Positions 19,639 through 29,193 are shown, counted from the first letter of the stretch. The stretch: DNA of 64,000 nucleotides from Patescibacteria group bacterium (GCA_028715115.1 JAQUSN010000002.1:132944-196943), one strand, 5' to 3'. The notes: generated by a model from the sequence alone, not told the origin. Numbers and translations are program-made.

Positions 19639-20292
19639 ATGATTAAGGGAATTATTTTTGACTTTGACATGACGCTGGTTGATACGCTCGAAATCGGCCA
19701 TAAAATTTTTTGCGAGATGGAAAGAAAATACGGATTAAACGTATTTTCATTGTCTGAGAGAAAAGTTTGGGGAGAATCAAGAAAAAATTTTCTTTCGGCC
19801 GTCTGGCGCGCCAATAAGCATAAAATTCCATTAGAGAAAATAAATAAGATTCATTTGGCAGTGATGGATAAATTTTATAAAAATTGTCGTCTCAAAGATA
19901 TCGAAGTTCTAAAATTTTTTCAAAATCATAAAATAAAACTTGGTATTATTTCTAACAATTCAAACAGAATCGTCAAAAAGGTTTTGCGCATGCCGGTTAA
20001 TCGAGTGATAAAATTTGACGCTGTATTGTCGGCCGAAAAAAGTACCGACAATGTTTCCAAGGTTTCACTGATTAAGAAATGTTTGCGCAGATTGAATCTC
20101 AAAAAGTCGGAAGCGATTTATGTTGGTGATCATATTATGGATATTATTGCCGCCGAACGCGTTGACGTAATTTCAGCCGGCATTCCAACGGGATTATATA
20201 GTAAAAAAGAATTAAAAAAACATCACCCTGATTTGTTGATTAATAATTTCAGAGATCTTAAAAAGTATATTTTAGTGAATAATATTATTTAG
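19639..20292 (+). CDS. HAD-superfamily hydrolase.
   Basis: Motif I FDFDMTLVDT. Confidence 0.75.
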   Translation: MIKGIIFDFDMTLVDTLEIGHKIFCEMERKYGLNVFSLSERKVWGESRKNFLSAVWRANKHKIPLEKINKIHLAVMDKFYKNCRLKDIEVLKFFQNHKIKLGIISNNSNRIVKKVLRMPVNRVIKFDAVLSAEKSTDNVSKVSLIKKCLRRLNLKKSEAIYVGDHIMDIIAAERVDVISAGIPTGLYSKKELKKHHPDLLINNFRDLKKYILVNNII

Positions 20293-20315
20293 TTTTATTA
20301 ACTCCCTAAAATAAA

Positions 20316-22034
20316 ATGACCGTACAAGAAATAAAAAATCATCTTTTACAAATCCTAAAAAACAATTTACCAGAATTGTCGGGTAATGTTAATTTAGAAT
20401 TAGAAATTCCGCCGCAATCGGAAATGGGGCATCTGGCCATTGGTTGTTTTGAAATAGGCAGAATGACCAAGCATACACCCGGGAAAATTGCCACCGAATT
20501 GGCAAAAAAAATTCAAAGCGACGAAGTTATAGATAAGGTTAAACATACTGGACCTTATCTTAATTTTTTTCTAAAAAAAGACGTTTGGTTTAAATCAGTT
20601 TGCGATGAGATTTTAGCGACTGACAGCGTTTTTGGCCAGGCCGAAGACGGCAAAGGCAAAAGAATAATGATAGAATATTCTGGTCCCAACACCAACAAAC
20701 CACAGCACATTGGCCATTTGAGAAATGATTTTTTAGGTATGTCTGTGGCCAACCTATTTGCCGAATTAAATTTTGAGGTTATTAGAGTTAATTTAGTTAA
20801 TGATAGGGGTATCCATATTTGTAAATCAATGCTCGCTTATAAAAAATGGGGAGAAGATAAAACTCCGGAAAGCGAAAAAATAAAAGGAGATCATTTTGTT
20901 GGAAATTATTATGTGATGTTCACACAAAAGGCCAAAGAAGATCAGACTTTACTGGATGAAGCGCAAGAAATGCTCGTGAAATGGGAGTCGGGTGATAATG
21001 AAGTTATGGCCTTATGGCAAAAAATGAACAAGTGGGCGGTTGATGGCCTAAAAGAGACATATAAAAAGATTAACGTTGAATTCGATAAATATTATTACGA
21101 AAGCGAAACCTACAAACTCGGCAAAGACATAGTTTTAAAAGCATTAAAGGAAGGTTTGATTTATAAACGTGAAGATGGTGCAATTGAAATAGATTTAACG
21201 CCATATAATTTGGATAAAAAAGTTTTAATGCGAGCTGATGGCACTAGCGTTTATGTAACTCAAGATCTAGCCTTGGCAAAGTTAAGACAAGACGAATTTA
21301 GCCCCGATAGAGCTATTTATGTTGTTGGTTCAGAACAAGAGTATTATTTTAAGACCCTATTTACAATTTTAGCAATTTTTGGTTATGAATGGGCAAAAAA
21401 TTTATATCACTTATCGTATGGGATGGTATCTTTGCCTGATGGAAGATTGAAATCCAGAGAGGGTAGCGTTGCGGATGCCGATGATTTAATTGCTGAATTA
21501 GAAAATTTAGCCAAGGGTGAAGTCTTAGGCAGAAACAAAGAAATTACGCTGATAGAGGTTTCCGAACGGGCGGAAAAAATTGCTATGGCCGCGATAAAAT
21601 TTTATTTTCTTAAGATTAATCCTAAACAAAACATGGAATTTAATCCTGAAGAGTCAATTTCTTTGGACGGTGCGACCGGACCTTACATACAATATACTTA
21701 TGCTCGTATCCAAAGTATTTTGAAAAAAGCGCAAACTTTGCCGCAAGACGTTGATTACGGATGTTTAGGTGAACCCGGCGAAATCGAACTGGTTAAAATG
21801 TTGTTTATTTTTCCAGATGTGATAAAGCGCAGCGCCTTATCCATGGATCCGTCTTATTTGGCAAATTATTTATTAAAACTTTGCCAATATCTCAACGAAT
21901 TTTATCATCAACATCAGATTTTAGCTGCGGAAGAAAAATTAAAAAACGCTAGATTGAATTTAGTTAGTGCCGTGGCCAAGATAATTAATAAGGGTCTAAA
22001 TATTTTAGGCATCGAAACTTTAGATAGAATGTGA
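20316..22034 (+). CDS. argS: Arginyl-tRNA synthetase.
   Basis: HIGH motif (PNTNKPQHIGHLRN) and full-length ArgRS similarity. Confidence 0.95.
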   Translation: MTVQEIKNHLLQILKNNLPELSGNVNLELEIPPQSEMGHLAIGCFEIGRMTKHTPGKIATELAKKIQSDEVIDKVKHTGPYLNFFLKKDVWFKSVCDEILATDSVFGQAEDGKGKRIMIEYSGPNTNKPQHIGHLRNDFLGMSVANLFAELNFEVIRVNLVNDRGIHICKSMLAYKKWGEDKTPESEKIKGDHFVGNYYVMFTQKAKEDQTLLDEAQEMLVKWESGDNEVMALWQKMNKWAVDGLKETYKKINVEFDKYYYESETYKLGKDIVLKALKEGLIYKREDGAIEIDLTPYNLDKKVLMRADGTSVYVTQDLALAKLRQDEFSPDRAIYVVGSEQEYYFKTLFTILAIFGYEWAKNLYHLSYGMVSLPDGRLKSREGSVADADDLIAELENLAKGEVLGRNKEITLIEVSERAEKIAMAAIKFYFLKINPKQNMEFNPEESISLDGATGPYIQYTYARIQSILKKAQTLPQDVDYGCLGEPGEIELVKMLFIFPDVIKRSALSMDPSYLANYLLKLCQYLNEFYHQHQILAAEEKLKNARLNLVSAVAKIINKGLNILGIETLDRM

Positions 22035-22187
22035 ATGAGACTTGGTTTGCAATTTGTGATTGCAAGCCTTAGTCGGAATTCATCCGCCTACTGGCGGATA
22101 ACAATTTAATTAGTTATAGATGAATTTTAGTCCGTATATCGGGCCGATGAGTATAATCATTTAAATCGTTTAATATAATTTAAAAGT

Positions 22188-22892
22188 ATGGCAAACAAAA
22201 AGACCAAGAAGAACAAGACTATTATTTTTTCCATGGGCGGATCTATTGTCGTCCCGGATGAAATCGACGTTAAGTTCTTGAAAGTAATCAAAGGCTTTAT
22301 TTTAAATCTTTTAAGTCGCGGTTATCGATTGGTTATTATTATCGGCGGGGGAGAGTTGAGCAAAAAATACAATCAAGCGGCCAAAGCTTTATCGACCGTG
22401 ACCAATACTGATTTGGATTGGATGGGCATTGCTTGTACTAGAGTTAATGCTGAACTCGTGCGCGTAATTTTATCCAAGTATGCTTATCCAGAAGTTATCG
22501 CTGACCAAAATAAAATTAAAAATATCGGCAAATATAAATTAGTTTTGGCTTGCGGTTTAAAACCAGGCCAATCAACTGATGGCCAGGCCGTGGGTTGGGC
22601 GAAGAAATTGGGCGCTAAGGAAATTATTAACCTAACTAATCTTGACCGTGCTTATACCGCCGACCCAAAAAAAGATAAGAATGCCAAACCGCTGGATAAT
22701 GTCAGTTGGGCGCAATATAGAAAAATAGTCGGCGATAAATGGATTCCGCGTTTATCAACTCCATTTGATCCGACTGCTTCGAAATTAGCGCAAAAATATG
22801 GCATGCGCGTAGCGGTTTTGAACGGCCGAAAACTACAGAACCTGAAAAATTATTTGGCCGGCAAAAAATTTATCGGTACGCTTATTGAATAA
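22188..22892 (+). CDS. pyrH: UMP kinase (amino-acid-kinase family, archaeal-like short N-terminus).
   Basis: Gly-rich ATP loops (GGS...IIIGGGE), STDGQAVGWA and TADPKKD motifs. Confidence 0.75.
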   Translation: MANKKTKKNKTIIFSMGGSIVVPDEIDVKFLKVIKGFILNLLSRGYRLVIIIGGGELSKKYNQAAKALSTVTNTDLDWMGIACTRVNAELVRVILSKYAYPEVIADQNKIKNIGKYKLVLACGLKPGQSTDGQAVGWAKKLGAKEIINLTNLDRAYTADPKKDKNAKPLDNVSWAQYRKIVGDKWIPRLSTPFDPTASKLAQKYGMRVAVLNGRKLQNLKNYLAGKKFIGTLIE

Positions 22893-22915
22893 AAATATAT
22901 ATAAAATATATTTTC

Positions 22916-22945
22916 AAAAAATGAGTCAGTGATGGCTCATTTTTT
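22916..22945 (+). terminator. Intrinsic terminator after pyrH (aaaaatgag / ctcattttt).
   Basis: Stem-loop plus T-run. Confidence 0.55.
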
Positions 22946-22958
22946 GATTATAAAGGGG

Positions 22959-22987
22959 TTGACAAAATCATAAAAATGCGTTAATAT
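22959..22987 (+). promoter_or_regulatory. Consensus promoter for the GC-rich gene (TTGACA, 17 nt, TAATAT).
   Basis: Seen directly in the sequence. Confidence 0.55.
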
Positions 22988-23049
22988 AATAAAAGTGGCG
23001 GCATAAGTCGCTGCAAATTCCGATTATTTAGATAACGAAAGGAGTCCTC

Positions 23050-23427
23050 GTGGACGAAGCCCTGATCGGATTGATTATCCCCAAGTCTCCTTGGGCTATG
23101 GCCAAGGAGGCGAATACGCTGGGTGCGCTGATAACCATACTGCGCACTTACTACTTCTTCATGGTGGGCGTGCGCGACTGGAGACAGGTCGCAAACAACA
23201 TCAACGAGACATCGGTGCAGATTGTGGAAGAAACATCCAGCTGCGTAAGAGCAGAGGTTGATTTCACGGTTATGACCGATGCAGGTCTCTTCATCGGCGC
23301 GATGGCCGTGCACGTCAAGGCGCTCAATGCAACTTTGGCCGACAGCAGAATGACACAGCTGTCGACCTGGCTACAAAGAGCGATCGGCAACAGTACGTTC
23401 GTTCAGGTGATCCTGAGGACGAGATAG
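23050..23427 (+). CDS. GC-rich hypothetical protein (125 aa).
   Basis: GTG start with AAAGGAG 5 nt upstream. Consensus promoter and downstream terminator. Visibly GC-rich. No motif recognised. Confidence 0.5.
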   Translation: MDEALIGLIIPKSPWAMAKEANTLGALITILRTYYFFMVGVRDWRQVANNINETSVQIVEETSSCVRAEVDFTVMTDAGLFIGAMAVHVKALNATLADSRMTQLSTWLQRAIGNSTFVQVILRTR

Positions 23428-23446
23428 ACGGAGGTTTGACCATTCG

Positions 23447-23477
23447 GAGCCGTCGGCTTAGGCCGGCGGCTCTTTTC
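23447..23477 (+). terminator. Intrinsic terminator (gagccgtcggc / gccggcggctc, then a T-run).
   Basis: GC stem plus T-run. Confidence 0.55.
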
Positions 23478-23496
23478 TAATTATGCACAATTTCAA

Positions 23497-23727
23497 TTGA
23501 CGCAAATAAATAAGCAGAATATAATAAAAGAGATGGGGACTGGCACCACGCCTCAACTGCTGGGCCTTTAATGCCTCATCGAACGCATAAACTGGAGGTT
23601 ATCTATGCTGAGACGGCTTCTGAAGGACGAGAGCGGATAGTCGAGACGACGAAGAAGCGGAGCTCGCATAACGCGAGCTCGCACTCCCGGGGCGCACTGC
23701 GCTCTGGGAGTTTTTTTATGGAGTGGA
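23497..23727 (+). other. GC-rich mini transcription unit: exact TTGACG, 17 nt, TATAAT promoter (23497-23525); SD GGAGG; 11-codon ORF MLRRLLKDESG (23605-23640); strong 12-bp terminator plus T7 (23694-23727).
   Basis: All elements seen in the sequence. Possible small RNA or leader peptide. Confidence 0.35.
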
Positions 23728-23767
23728 TAACTTTAATTTACAAATTTTATTTATAAAATATAATAAA

Positions 23768-23985
23768 AAAAGACAAAGACAGAATCATTGTGTAAGTACA
23801 CCGGGTCTACGGATCCGGTGGGCATACCCAGGGAGGTATGAGATTGGTTTGGTAAGCTGAATGCCCGGCTAGCCCTTGTTCCGAATTCTTAGGAGCCCGG
23901 AGCCGAGGTACGCCAGGGAGAGCAGCGCCAGCCCCGGGGATGCAGATTGAGCTTCAGCTCTCTGCTCCCCGGGTATTATTTTTTT
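23768..23985 (+). ncRNA. Candidate GC-rich structured RNA of about 220 nt ending in an intrinsic terminator (cccgggga / tccccggg, then T7). Identity unknown.
   Basis: Non-coding and roughly 60% GC by eye. A promoter-like TTTACA ... TATAAT element lies upstream. The strong terminator at 23933-23985 is immediately before the rplJ promoter. Confidence 0.3.
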
Positions 23986-24008
23986 ATCTGGTCTGGGGAT
24001 AACTCTCG

Positions 24009-24204
24009 TTGACACTTAATTATTTTTGATTATACTAATTATATCTTAACCGTAGACAGTGTGGCCTTCGACGAATCGTCGGAGTTAATACACCAGCCCA
24101 CCGAGGTCAAAAGACATTTTATTGTCTGCGGTTATCCGCAGATTATTTATTATTACGAATTACATATTTTTAGATTTAATTTTTGGTTTTTAATTTTACT
24201 TTAT
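24009..24204 (+). promoter_or_regulatory. rplJ promoter (TTGACA, 16 nt, TATACT) and structured L10 leader with hairpins cgacgaatcgtcg and ctgcggttatccgcag.
   Basis: Promoter hexamers and several stem-loops in the 170-nt 5' UTR. Consistent with autoregulatory L10 leaders. Confidence 0.5.
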
Positions 24205-24732
24205 ATGGCTCTTACCCGAACAAAAAAAGAAAGCCTATTTACGAACATTAAGGACTTAGTCGCCAAGATGAAAAGTTTAGTTTTGATTGATTATTATGGC
24301 TTGAAGGTAAAAGAAGTAAATCAATTGCGGCAGGAACTTAGAAAAAATAATTGCCAATACGTCGTGGCTAAAAAAACTTTATTGAAAAAAGCTTTTAAAG
24401 AACAGGGACTCGAAGATGATTCAGTTGATAAGCTTCAGGGTGGCATTGGTATGGCCCTGGGATTAGAAGACGAGGTTGCTCCGGCTCGTGTCATTACTGC
24501 TTTTAAAAAAGATCATGACAAAATGAATATTCACGGCGGCATTTTTAATAAAGCTTTTATTACCCTAGAACAAGTTAAACAAATTTCCATTTTGCCGTCT
24601 AAAGAGCAATTATTGGCCCAAGTGGTTTATACCATCAAGGCGCCGCTTCAAAACATGGTTGGCGCAATGCATGGCAATTTAAGAAAATTGGTTTATGCTT
24701 TGCAGGCCGTGACTGATAAAAAGAAAAATTAA
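24205..24732 (+). CDS. rplJ: Ribosomal protein L10.
   Basis: L10 similarity from MALTRTKKE. The ATG at 24205 was chosen over the extended ORF that starts at 24061. Confidence 0.9.
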   Translation: MALTRTKKESLFTNIKDLVAKMKSLVLIDYYGLKVKEVNQLRQELRKNNCQYVVAKKTLLKKAFKEQGLEDDSVDKLQGGIGMALGLEDEVAPARVITAFKKDHDKMNIHGGIFNKAFITLEQVKQISILPSKEQLLAQVVYTIKAPLQNMVGAMHGNLRKLVYALQAVTDKKKN

Positions 24733-24792
24733 TAAATAATATTAAGGCGAATTGAAGCAATTAAGCAATCATTCGCAAAAAGAGATAATTAT

Positions 24793-25167
24793 ATGGATAA
24801 ATTCAAGGATTTAATGGAACAAATTGAGAAGATGACCGTTTTGGAATTGTCTGAGTTCGTCAAAGCTTTAGAAGAAAAGTTTGGCGTGACTGCTCAGGCC
24901 CCGATGATGATGGCTGCTGCCGGTCCGGCTGCTGCCGCTGCTCCGGCTGAAGAAAAGACCAGCTTCAATATTGAGTTGACTGAATCCGGCGCGAATAAAA
25001 TCGGCGTGATTAAAGTCATCCGCGAAGTCACTGCTTTAGGCTTGAAAGAAGCCAAAGATTTAGTTGACGGCGCTCCCAAAATGGTGAAAGAAGGAGCTGA
25101 CAAGACTGAAGCCGAAGAAATGAAGAAAAAGTTAGAAGCCGCTGGCGCGAAAGTCACCCTGAAGTAA
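24793..25167 (+). CDS. rplL: Ribosomal protein L7/L12.
   Basis: Ala-rich hinge and a conserved C-terminal domain. Confidence 0.95.
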   Translation: MDKFKDLMEQIEKMTVLELSEFVKALEEKFGVTAQAPMMMAAAGPAAAAAPAEEKTSFNIELTESGANKIGVIKVIREVTALGLKEAKDLVDGAPKMVKEGADKTEAEEMKKKLEAAGAKVTLK

Positions 25168-25370
25168 AGACCTCAGCCCTTTGTTGCTAGCGCTCGCTCG
25201 GAAAAGAAAAAATAAATTTTTTCTTTCTCTCTCGCTTGCTTAGCAATAGCACTGATCAGCAATCATTAGAGAATCCACCAAACTCGTGGAGTGGGCATAG
25301 TTCCCACAAATGGCCCGAGTTGGTGGATTTCTTATTATAGCTCTTTGTATCTGATACATTAGAGCTATAA

Positions 25371-25404
25371 TAACCCTAAGCGAGCTTGCGAGCGCAGGGT
25401 AACC
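25371..25404 (+). repeat. 34-bp repeat unit taaccctaagcgagcttgcgagcgcagggtaacc (copy 1).
   Basis: Direct repeat shared with 25504-25537. Degenerate copies are at 25547-25577 and 25586-25610. Confidence 0.7.
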
Positions 25405-25503
25405 TTTAAACACTCTCAACTTTAGTTGGGAGCATGACTTGTGATTAGAAACAAAAAACCCCTGAGGAGGCTATGCGACGTAGGGTAACTTAAAGAAAAT
25501 AAA

Positions 25504-25537
25504 TAACCCTAAGCGAGTCCTCGAGCGCAGGGTTACC
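25504..25537 (+). repeat. 34-bp repeat unit taaccctaagcgagtcctcgagcgcagggttacc (copy 2).
   Basis: About 30 of 34 positions identical to copy 1. Confidence 0.7.
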
Positions 25538-25621
25538 ATAATACTTTATTGAGTGAGTCTGCGAGCGCAGAGTAACCTTAATGCCTTATTGAGCGAGTCG
25601 CAGGGCAGCCATTTGAACATA

Positions 25622-25654
25622 AAAAAACGAGCTCAAGTAAGCTCGTTTTTTATT
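25622..25654. terminator. Bidirectional terminator (aaaaacgagct / agctcgttttt).
   Basis: Perfect stem flanked by an A-run and a T-run, between a + region and the - gene ending at 25670. Confidence 0.6.
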
Positions 25655-25669
25655 TAAATATAGAAGCCC

Positions 25670-27976
25670 TTATTTTAATCCGACCTGATAAACTTTTTTA
25701 TCATTTAAGATCCAGGCCGTATCAGCTTTATCGTTGATGACAAAATCAGTCGTAGCGCCCAGTTCCGGAGCGGAAATTTGTTTAATCAATTCTCCTGTTT
25801 TATCGAAGATAACCAATCTTTGGTTGGTCGGCTCTAAGACGTAAAGATATTTATGGTCAGCATCGGTGAAAATTTTAGTCGGCTTTTGCAAAACCGGCAA
25901 AATATTTTTCAGGTTAAAATTTTGTTTGGCCCCACGATAGAATTTTATCATTTGTCCGTTATCAAGCATTACATATATGGCTCCATCAGCGGCAAAAGAA
26001 ACTCCGTTGTTTATTCCGGCCGCGCTGGTCAGCCAATTTTCTTCTTTGCCAAATCCGCTGGCAGTTTTGGTGTATTTTAAAATCAATGAATCTTTAGCGT
26101 CTAGGATATAAAGTTTGTCAGCATATACCAGAAAATCTTGCATGGTCAAATTTTGATGGCTGGTCTGAAGGTCAATGCTGGTAAAATTATCATTAACGGT
26201 ATTATAAGTTGCCAGACCATTGTTGTTATGAGAAAAGAGTAGGGAGTCTTTATCGAGCGGCGTGATTTCTTTCAAGTATCCCACGTCGACCGAACCTTTG
26301 TGCGCCAGATCAACCTTGTTGGTAGCTAAGTCGATTTTATAAATATAATTATTGGTCGGGTTAAAGAAATAAAGGAAACTGCCCAGCTTGGTTAATCCGC
26401 CGACCGAGATTTGCTTATCAACCTTACTTAAATCAGCCACGAGTTTTAAATTCGAGCTTATTTCCTGGTGTAAAATCGGCGCAGCCTGTTTGTCGATATC
26501 GGCTTTTAACTCGTTATAAGCCGTTCTTTGCGCTTCAGTTTGTTGCGGCAAGGTTTTTAGGAGTATGGTTATTTGGCTATAAATGCTGGTAGCCTTGGCC
26601 TTATCTTTATAAATCAAAGCCGAATACATTTGTTGTTCTAGGTCTTTAATTTGTTGGATGGAAACGTTTGATTTTTTAGCGTTTTGGCGGTTAAATTCCT
26701 GGCGGCAGGCGATAATTAGGCCGGTGGTTAAGAGAATGGCCACAATTAACAAGAGAATAATCAACAGCCGTTGCAAAGGAGAAAACCGCTGCGAACGGGC
26801 AGAAATTTTACCAAAGATTTGTTTTGCTTTATTGGTCGTTGGCGTGGTGTTTGTTTTTTTAATGCTGTTAAATAAATATTTAACGCCGTGATAAATCGTT
26901 GCGCCAATAGTTAAAATAATTCTCCAGATTAATGGTGGCGGTGGCGGTTCGAGTCCGTCCGGTTTGCCGCCAATAGAAAGTTCTTGCAAAATAGCTTCAG
27001 ATTCTTCAGAGCTAACAGGAGTAACTTGGTTTTTTATTTTGGGAGAAACAATAGAACGGCTTTCTTCTTGGTCTTCGACAATAATTTTATCATCTTTTGT
27101 TTCTTCTGGATTTTCTTCGGCTGAAACTTCGGAAGCTTCCTCGTCTTTTTTTTCTTCAATTATTTTTTCAACCGGTTGTTTATTTTTTTTACCGCGTTTT
27201 TGTTTCTTAATTGGTTCGGGGATTGGGGTTGGTTCTGACTCAGGGGTTGATTCTGGTTCTTTAACTTCAGCTGGCGCTTCTTTGACCGGCTCGGATTTTT
27301 CTTCAAGCTCTTCTTTTATTATCGGATTTTTTATGGTGATTAAACCGAGTGAAACTTTCTGGCTGAATTTTTTGAGCGCGGCATTTAATTTTTTTATTGA
27401 AATTTCATTTTTGTCGCGCAGATTTTCTTCAATGGTTTCTTCCGGTAGATAATCGAACAGATTGCTGGTGCCAAAAAACAATTGGTCGTTGTCTTCGAGC
27501 GTGCCGCTGATGATATTGGAAAATTTTCTGCTTTTATTTTCTTGGCCGAGCTCAATTAACTCTCCGTTTTGTCCGAGATAGGCGAGTGGCGAACCAATTT
27601 GGGCAAAGTGCACGTTGGGAGAATCAAAAACAGCGATGATGACGTTAAGAGTTTTATCTTTTAGGTCATAACCGCTGAAAAATTTATTCAAGTCCTGCAA
27701 AAAACTTTCAAATCTTTCGTACACGCCGGTAAAAGGCGCCTCGGAACCGAAATAAGCTTCTTTGATTAGGGTGATTAATCCTTCACTTAAACCCTTGGTC
27801 CAAACCAGGTCTTCGGGCGTGGGCACCAGCTTATATTCAATTTCTAACAAAAAGCTCATTCTTTCTTTCTTGTCCGAGTTGTTAGTATCTCCATAATTAA
27901 AAGCAGACACAAACTTACGCGTTCGGTCTGGATTTGAAAGGGATACTTTTTCGATATTTATCTTGTAGTTATCCAT
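25670..27976 (-). CDS. Large membrane protein. It has an N-terminal cytoplasmic domain, a Pro/Glu/Lys-rich low-complexity linker, one TM helix and a C-terminal beta-propeller-like (NHL/YVTN-like) repeat domain.
   Basis: 768-aa ORF. Repeated L[YI]xLDxxxxxL motifs in the C-terminal third. PPPPP and EPxxE low-complexity stretch. Central hydrophobic helix. Confidence 0.6.
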   Translation of the reverse strand: MDNYKINIEKVSLSNPDRTRKFVSAFNYGDTNNSDKKERMSFLLEIEYKLVPTPEDLVWTKGLSEGLITLIKEAYFGSEAPFTGVYERFESFLQDLNKFFSGYDLKDKTLNVIIAVFDSPNVHFAQIGSPLAYLGQNGELIELGQENKSRKFSNIISGTLEDNDQLFFGTSNLFDYLPEETIEENLRDKNEISIKKLNAALKKFSQKVSLGLITIKNPIIKEELEEKSEPVKEAPAEVKEPESTPESEPTPIPEPIKKQKRGKKNKQPVEKIIEEKKDEEASEVSAEENPEETKDDKIIVEDQEESRSIVSPKIKNQVTPVSSEESEAILQELSIGGKPDGLEPPPPPLIWRIILTIGATIYHGVKYLFNSIKKTNTTPTTNKAKQIFGKISARSQRFSPLQRLLIILLLIVAILLTTGLIIACRQEFNRQNAKKSNVSIQQIKDLEQQMYSALIYKDKAKATSIYSQITILLKTLPQQTEAQRTAYNELKADIDKQAAPILHQEISSNLKLVADLSKVDKQISVGGLTKLGSFLYFFNPTNNYIYKIDLATNKVDLAHKGSVDVGYLKEITPLDKDSLLFSHNNNGLATYNTVNDNFTSIDLQTSHQNLTMQDFLVYADKLYILDAKDSLILKYTKTASGFGKEENWLTSAAGINNGVSFAADGAIYVMLDNGQMIKFYRGAKQNFNLKNILPVLQKPTKIFTDADHKYLYVLEPTNQRLVIFDKTGELIKQISAPELGATTDFVINDKADTAWILNDKKVYQVGLK

Positions 27977-28018
27977 AAAATATAGTATAATATATTTTTA
28001 AATCTTGGCAACTTTTTA

Positions 28019-28456
28019 ATGTATTTATTTATCAACAATCTCATTGACGGCGAACTATATCTGGCCTTATTCGACAAACAAGGCGAGATAAAATCGAAAA
28101 TCTTGCATCGCACTACCGATCGCCGGGTAAATATCCTGATATATCTCGATAAATTATTAAAAGACGCGGCCATGCCCCTGGAAAAGATAAAGGGCTTGAT
28201 TGTAGTCAGTGGTCCGGGCTCTTTTTCTGGCATTCGCACGGCCCTAGCCATCACCAACACCTTGGCAATGGGATTAAAAATTCCGGCGGCCGGAGTTTAT
28301 CTTGATCCGAGTAAGTCAAACCAGGGCTTAATCAAACAGGGGTTGAAAAAATTACTAAGTAAGAATAAGAATACGTTGGTTATGCCGCATTATGGCGCGG
28401 AGCCAAACATCACCAAACCCAAATCTGCCATCTGGCGGAAGAAATCTTTAATTTAA
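28019..28456 (+). CDS. tsaB: tRNA t6A biosynthesis protein TsaB (YeaZ-like, short).
   Basis: VVSGPGSFSGIRTALAITNTLAMGL motif. Confidence 0.65.
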   Translation: MYLFINNLIDGELYLALFDKQGEIKSKILHRTTDRRVNILIYLDKLLKDAAMPLEKIKGLIVVSGPGSFSGIRTALAITNTLAMGLKIPAAGVYLDPSKSNQGLIKQGLKKLLSKNKNTLVMPHYGAEPNITKPKSAIWRKKSLI

Positions 28457-28470
28457 TTTAAATATATTTT

Positions 28471-29049
28471 ATGGCTAAAGCGCAATTGTTCAACAAGTTA
28501 AAAAAAGAGTACGACCATTATTACGTTTCTCGGCATCGGATTATTGCCGTGGCCAACGAAGCTCTAGCTAGTTCCAAGCAGGCGATTTTTGCCATGCATC
28601 GCGATGACATCAAAGACGCGGAAAAACTCCTGGCTTTAGCCGAAAAAAAATTAAAAAGCCTGAAAAAATATTTCGTGCAAAACTTTTTCCTCGAGGATGA
28701 AGGTGCCTATCGGGCGGCTATTGAAGAATACGTTGAAGCAAAATTGTTCTGGCAGGTTTTAACGACTGGCAAAATAGATTTTATCAAGACCGTTAATTTA
28801 TATTTTTCCGGTTATCTGGGCGGCTTATGCGATTTGACCGGCGAACTCTTGCGAAAAATGATTTTACTCGCCACGGCCGGTAAATTCAAAGAAGCTGGTA
28901 AATTAAAAGATCTGATGGCTGACATTGTCGCTGAATTGATTAAATTCAATTTGACCGGATATTTGCGCAACAAATACGACGGCGCTAAAAATAATTTACG
29001 CAAAGCCGAAGAAATTTTGTACGAAATTAAGATGAAGTCTCGTCAATAA
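28471..29049 (+). CDS. Hypothetical helical protein (possibly translin-like).
   Basis: All-alpha with an EEYVEA motif. Weak assignment. Confidence 0.3.
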   Translation: MAKAQLFNKLKKEYDHYYVSRHRIIAVANEALASSKQAIFAMHRDDIKDAEKLLALAEKKLKSLKKYFVQNFFLEDEGAYRAAIEEYVEAKLFWQVLTTGKIDFIKTVNLYFSGYLGGLCDLTGELLRKMILLATAGKFKEAGKLKDLMADIVAELIKFNLTGYLRNKYDGAKNNLRKAEEILYEIKMKSRQ

Positions 29050-29193
29050 TAAATAAAGGGGACGGAATCCTCCGCAGCTTCCAATTATTTAGTTCTGTTA
29101 TATAGGTTTGTTAATAAATTAAATAATTTATAATAATTTATACGCGATGCGCAGGAGGGTGAAGCCGTCAATAATATTGTCTAATTAGTATAT

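Noticed and set aside
23571-23756. 61-aa ORF (MPHRTHKL...).
   Set aside because: It has no SD or start context. It reads straight through a 12-bp terminator hairpin and T7 run into AT-rich DNA. The short SD-preceded 11-codon ORF and an sRNA-like interpretation are preferred.
23768-23985. Identification of the GC-rich RNA candidate as RNase P RNA, SRP RNA, tmRNA or 6S RNA.
   Set aside because: It is too short for RNase P or tmRNA. It has no GGAAAGUCCGGGC-like CR-I, no tmRNA tag ORF or CCA end, and only a weak resemblance to SRP domain IV. It is left unassigned.
24061-24204. N-terminal extension of the rplJ ORF.
   Set aside because: The extension covers the rplJ promoter and structured leader. 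L10 homology begins at MALTRTKKE (ATG 24205).
25371-25610. CRISPR array.
   Set aside because: Only two good repeat copies. Spacing is irregular (about 99 nt, then about 10 nt). The units are degenerate and no cas genes are present.
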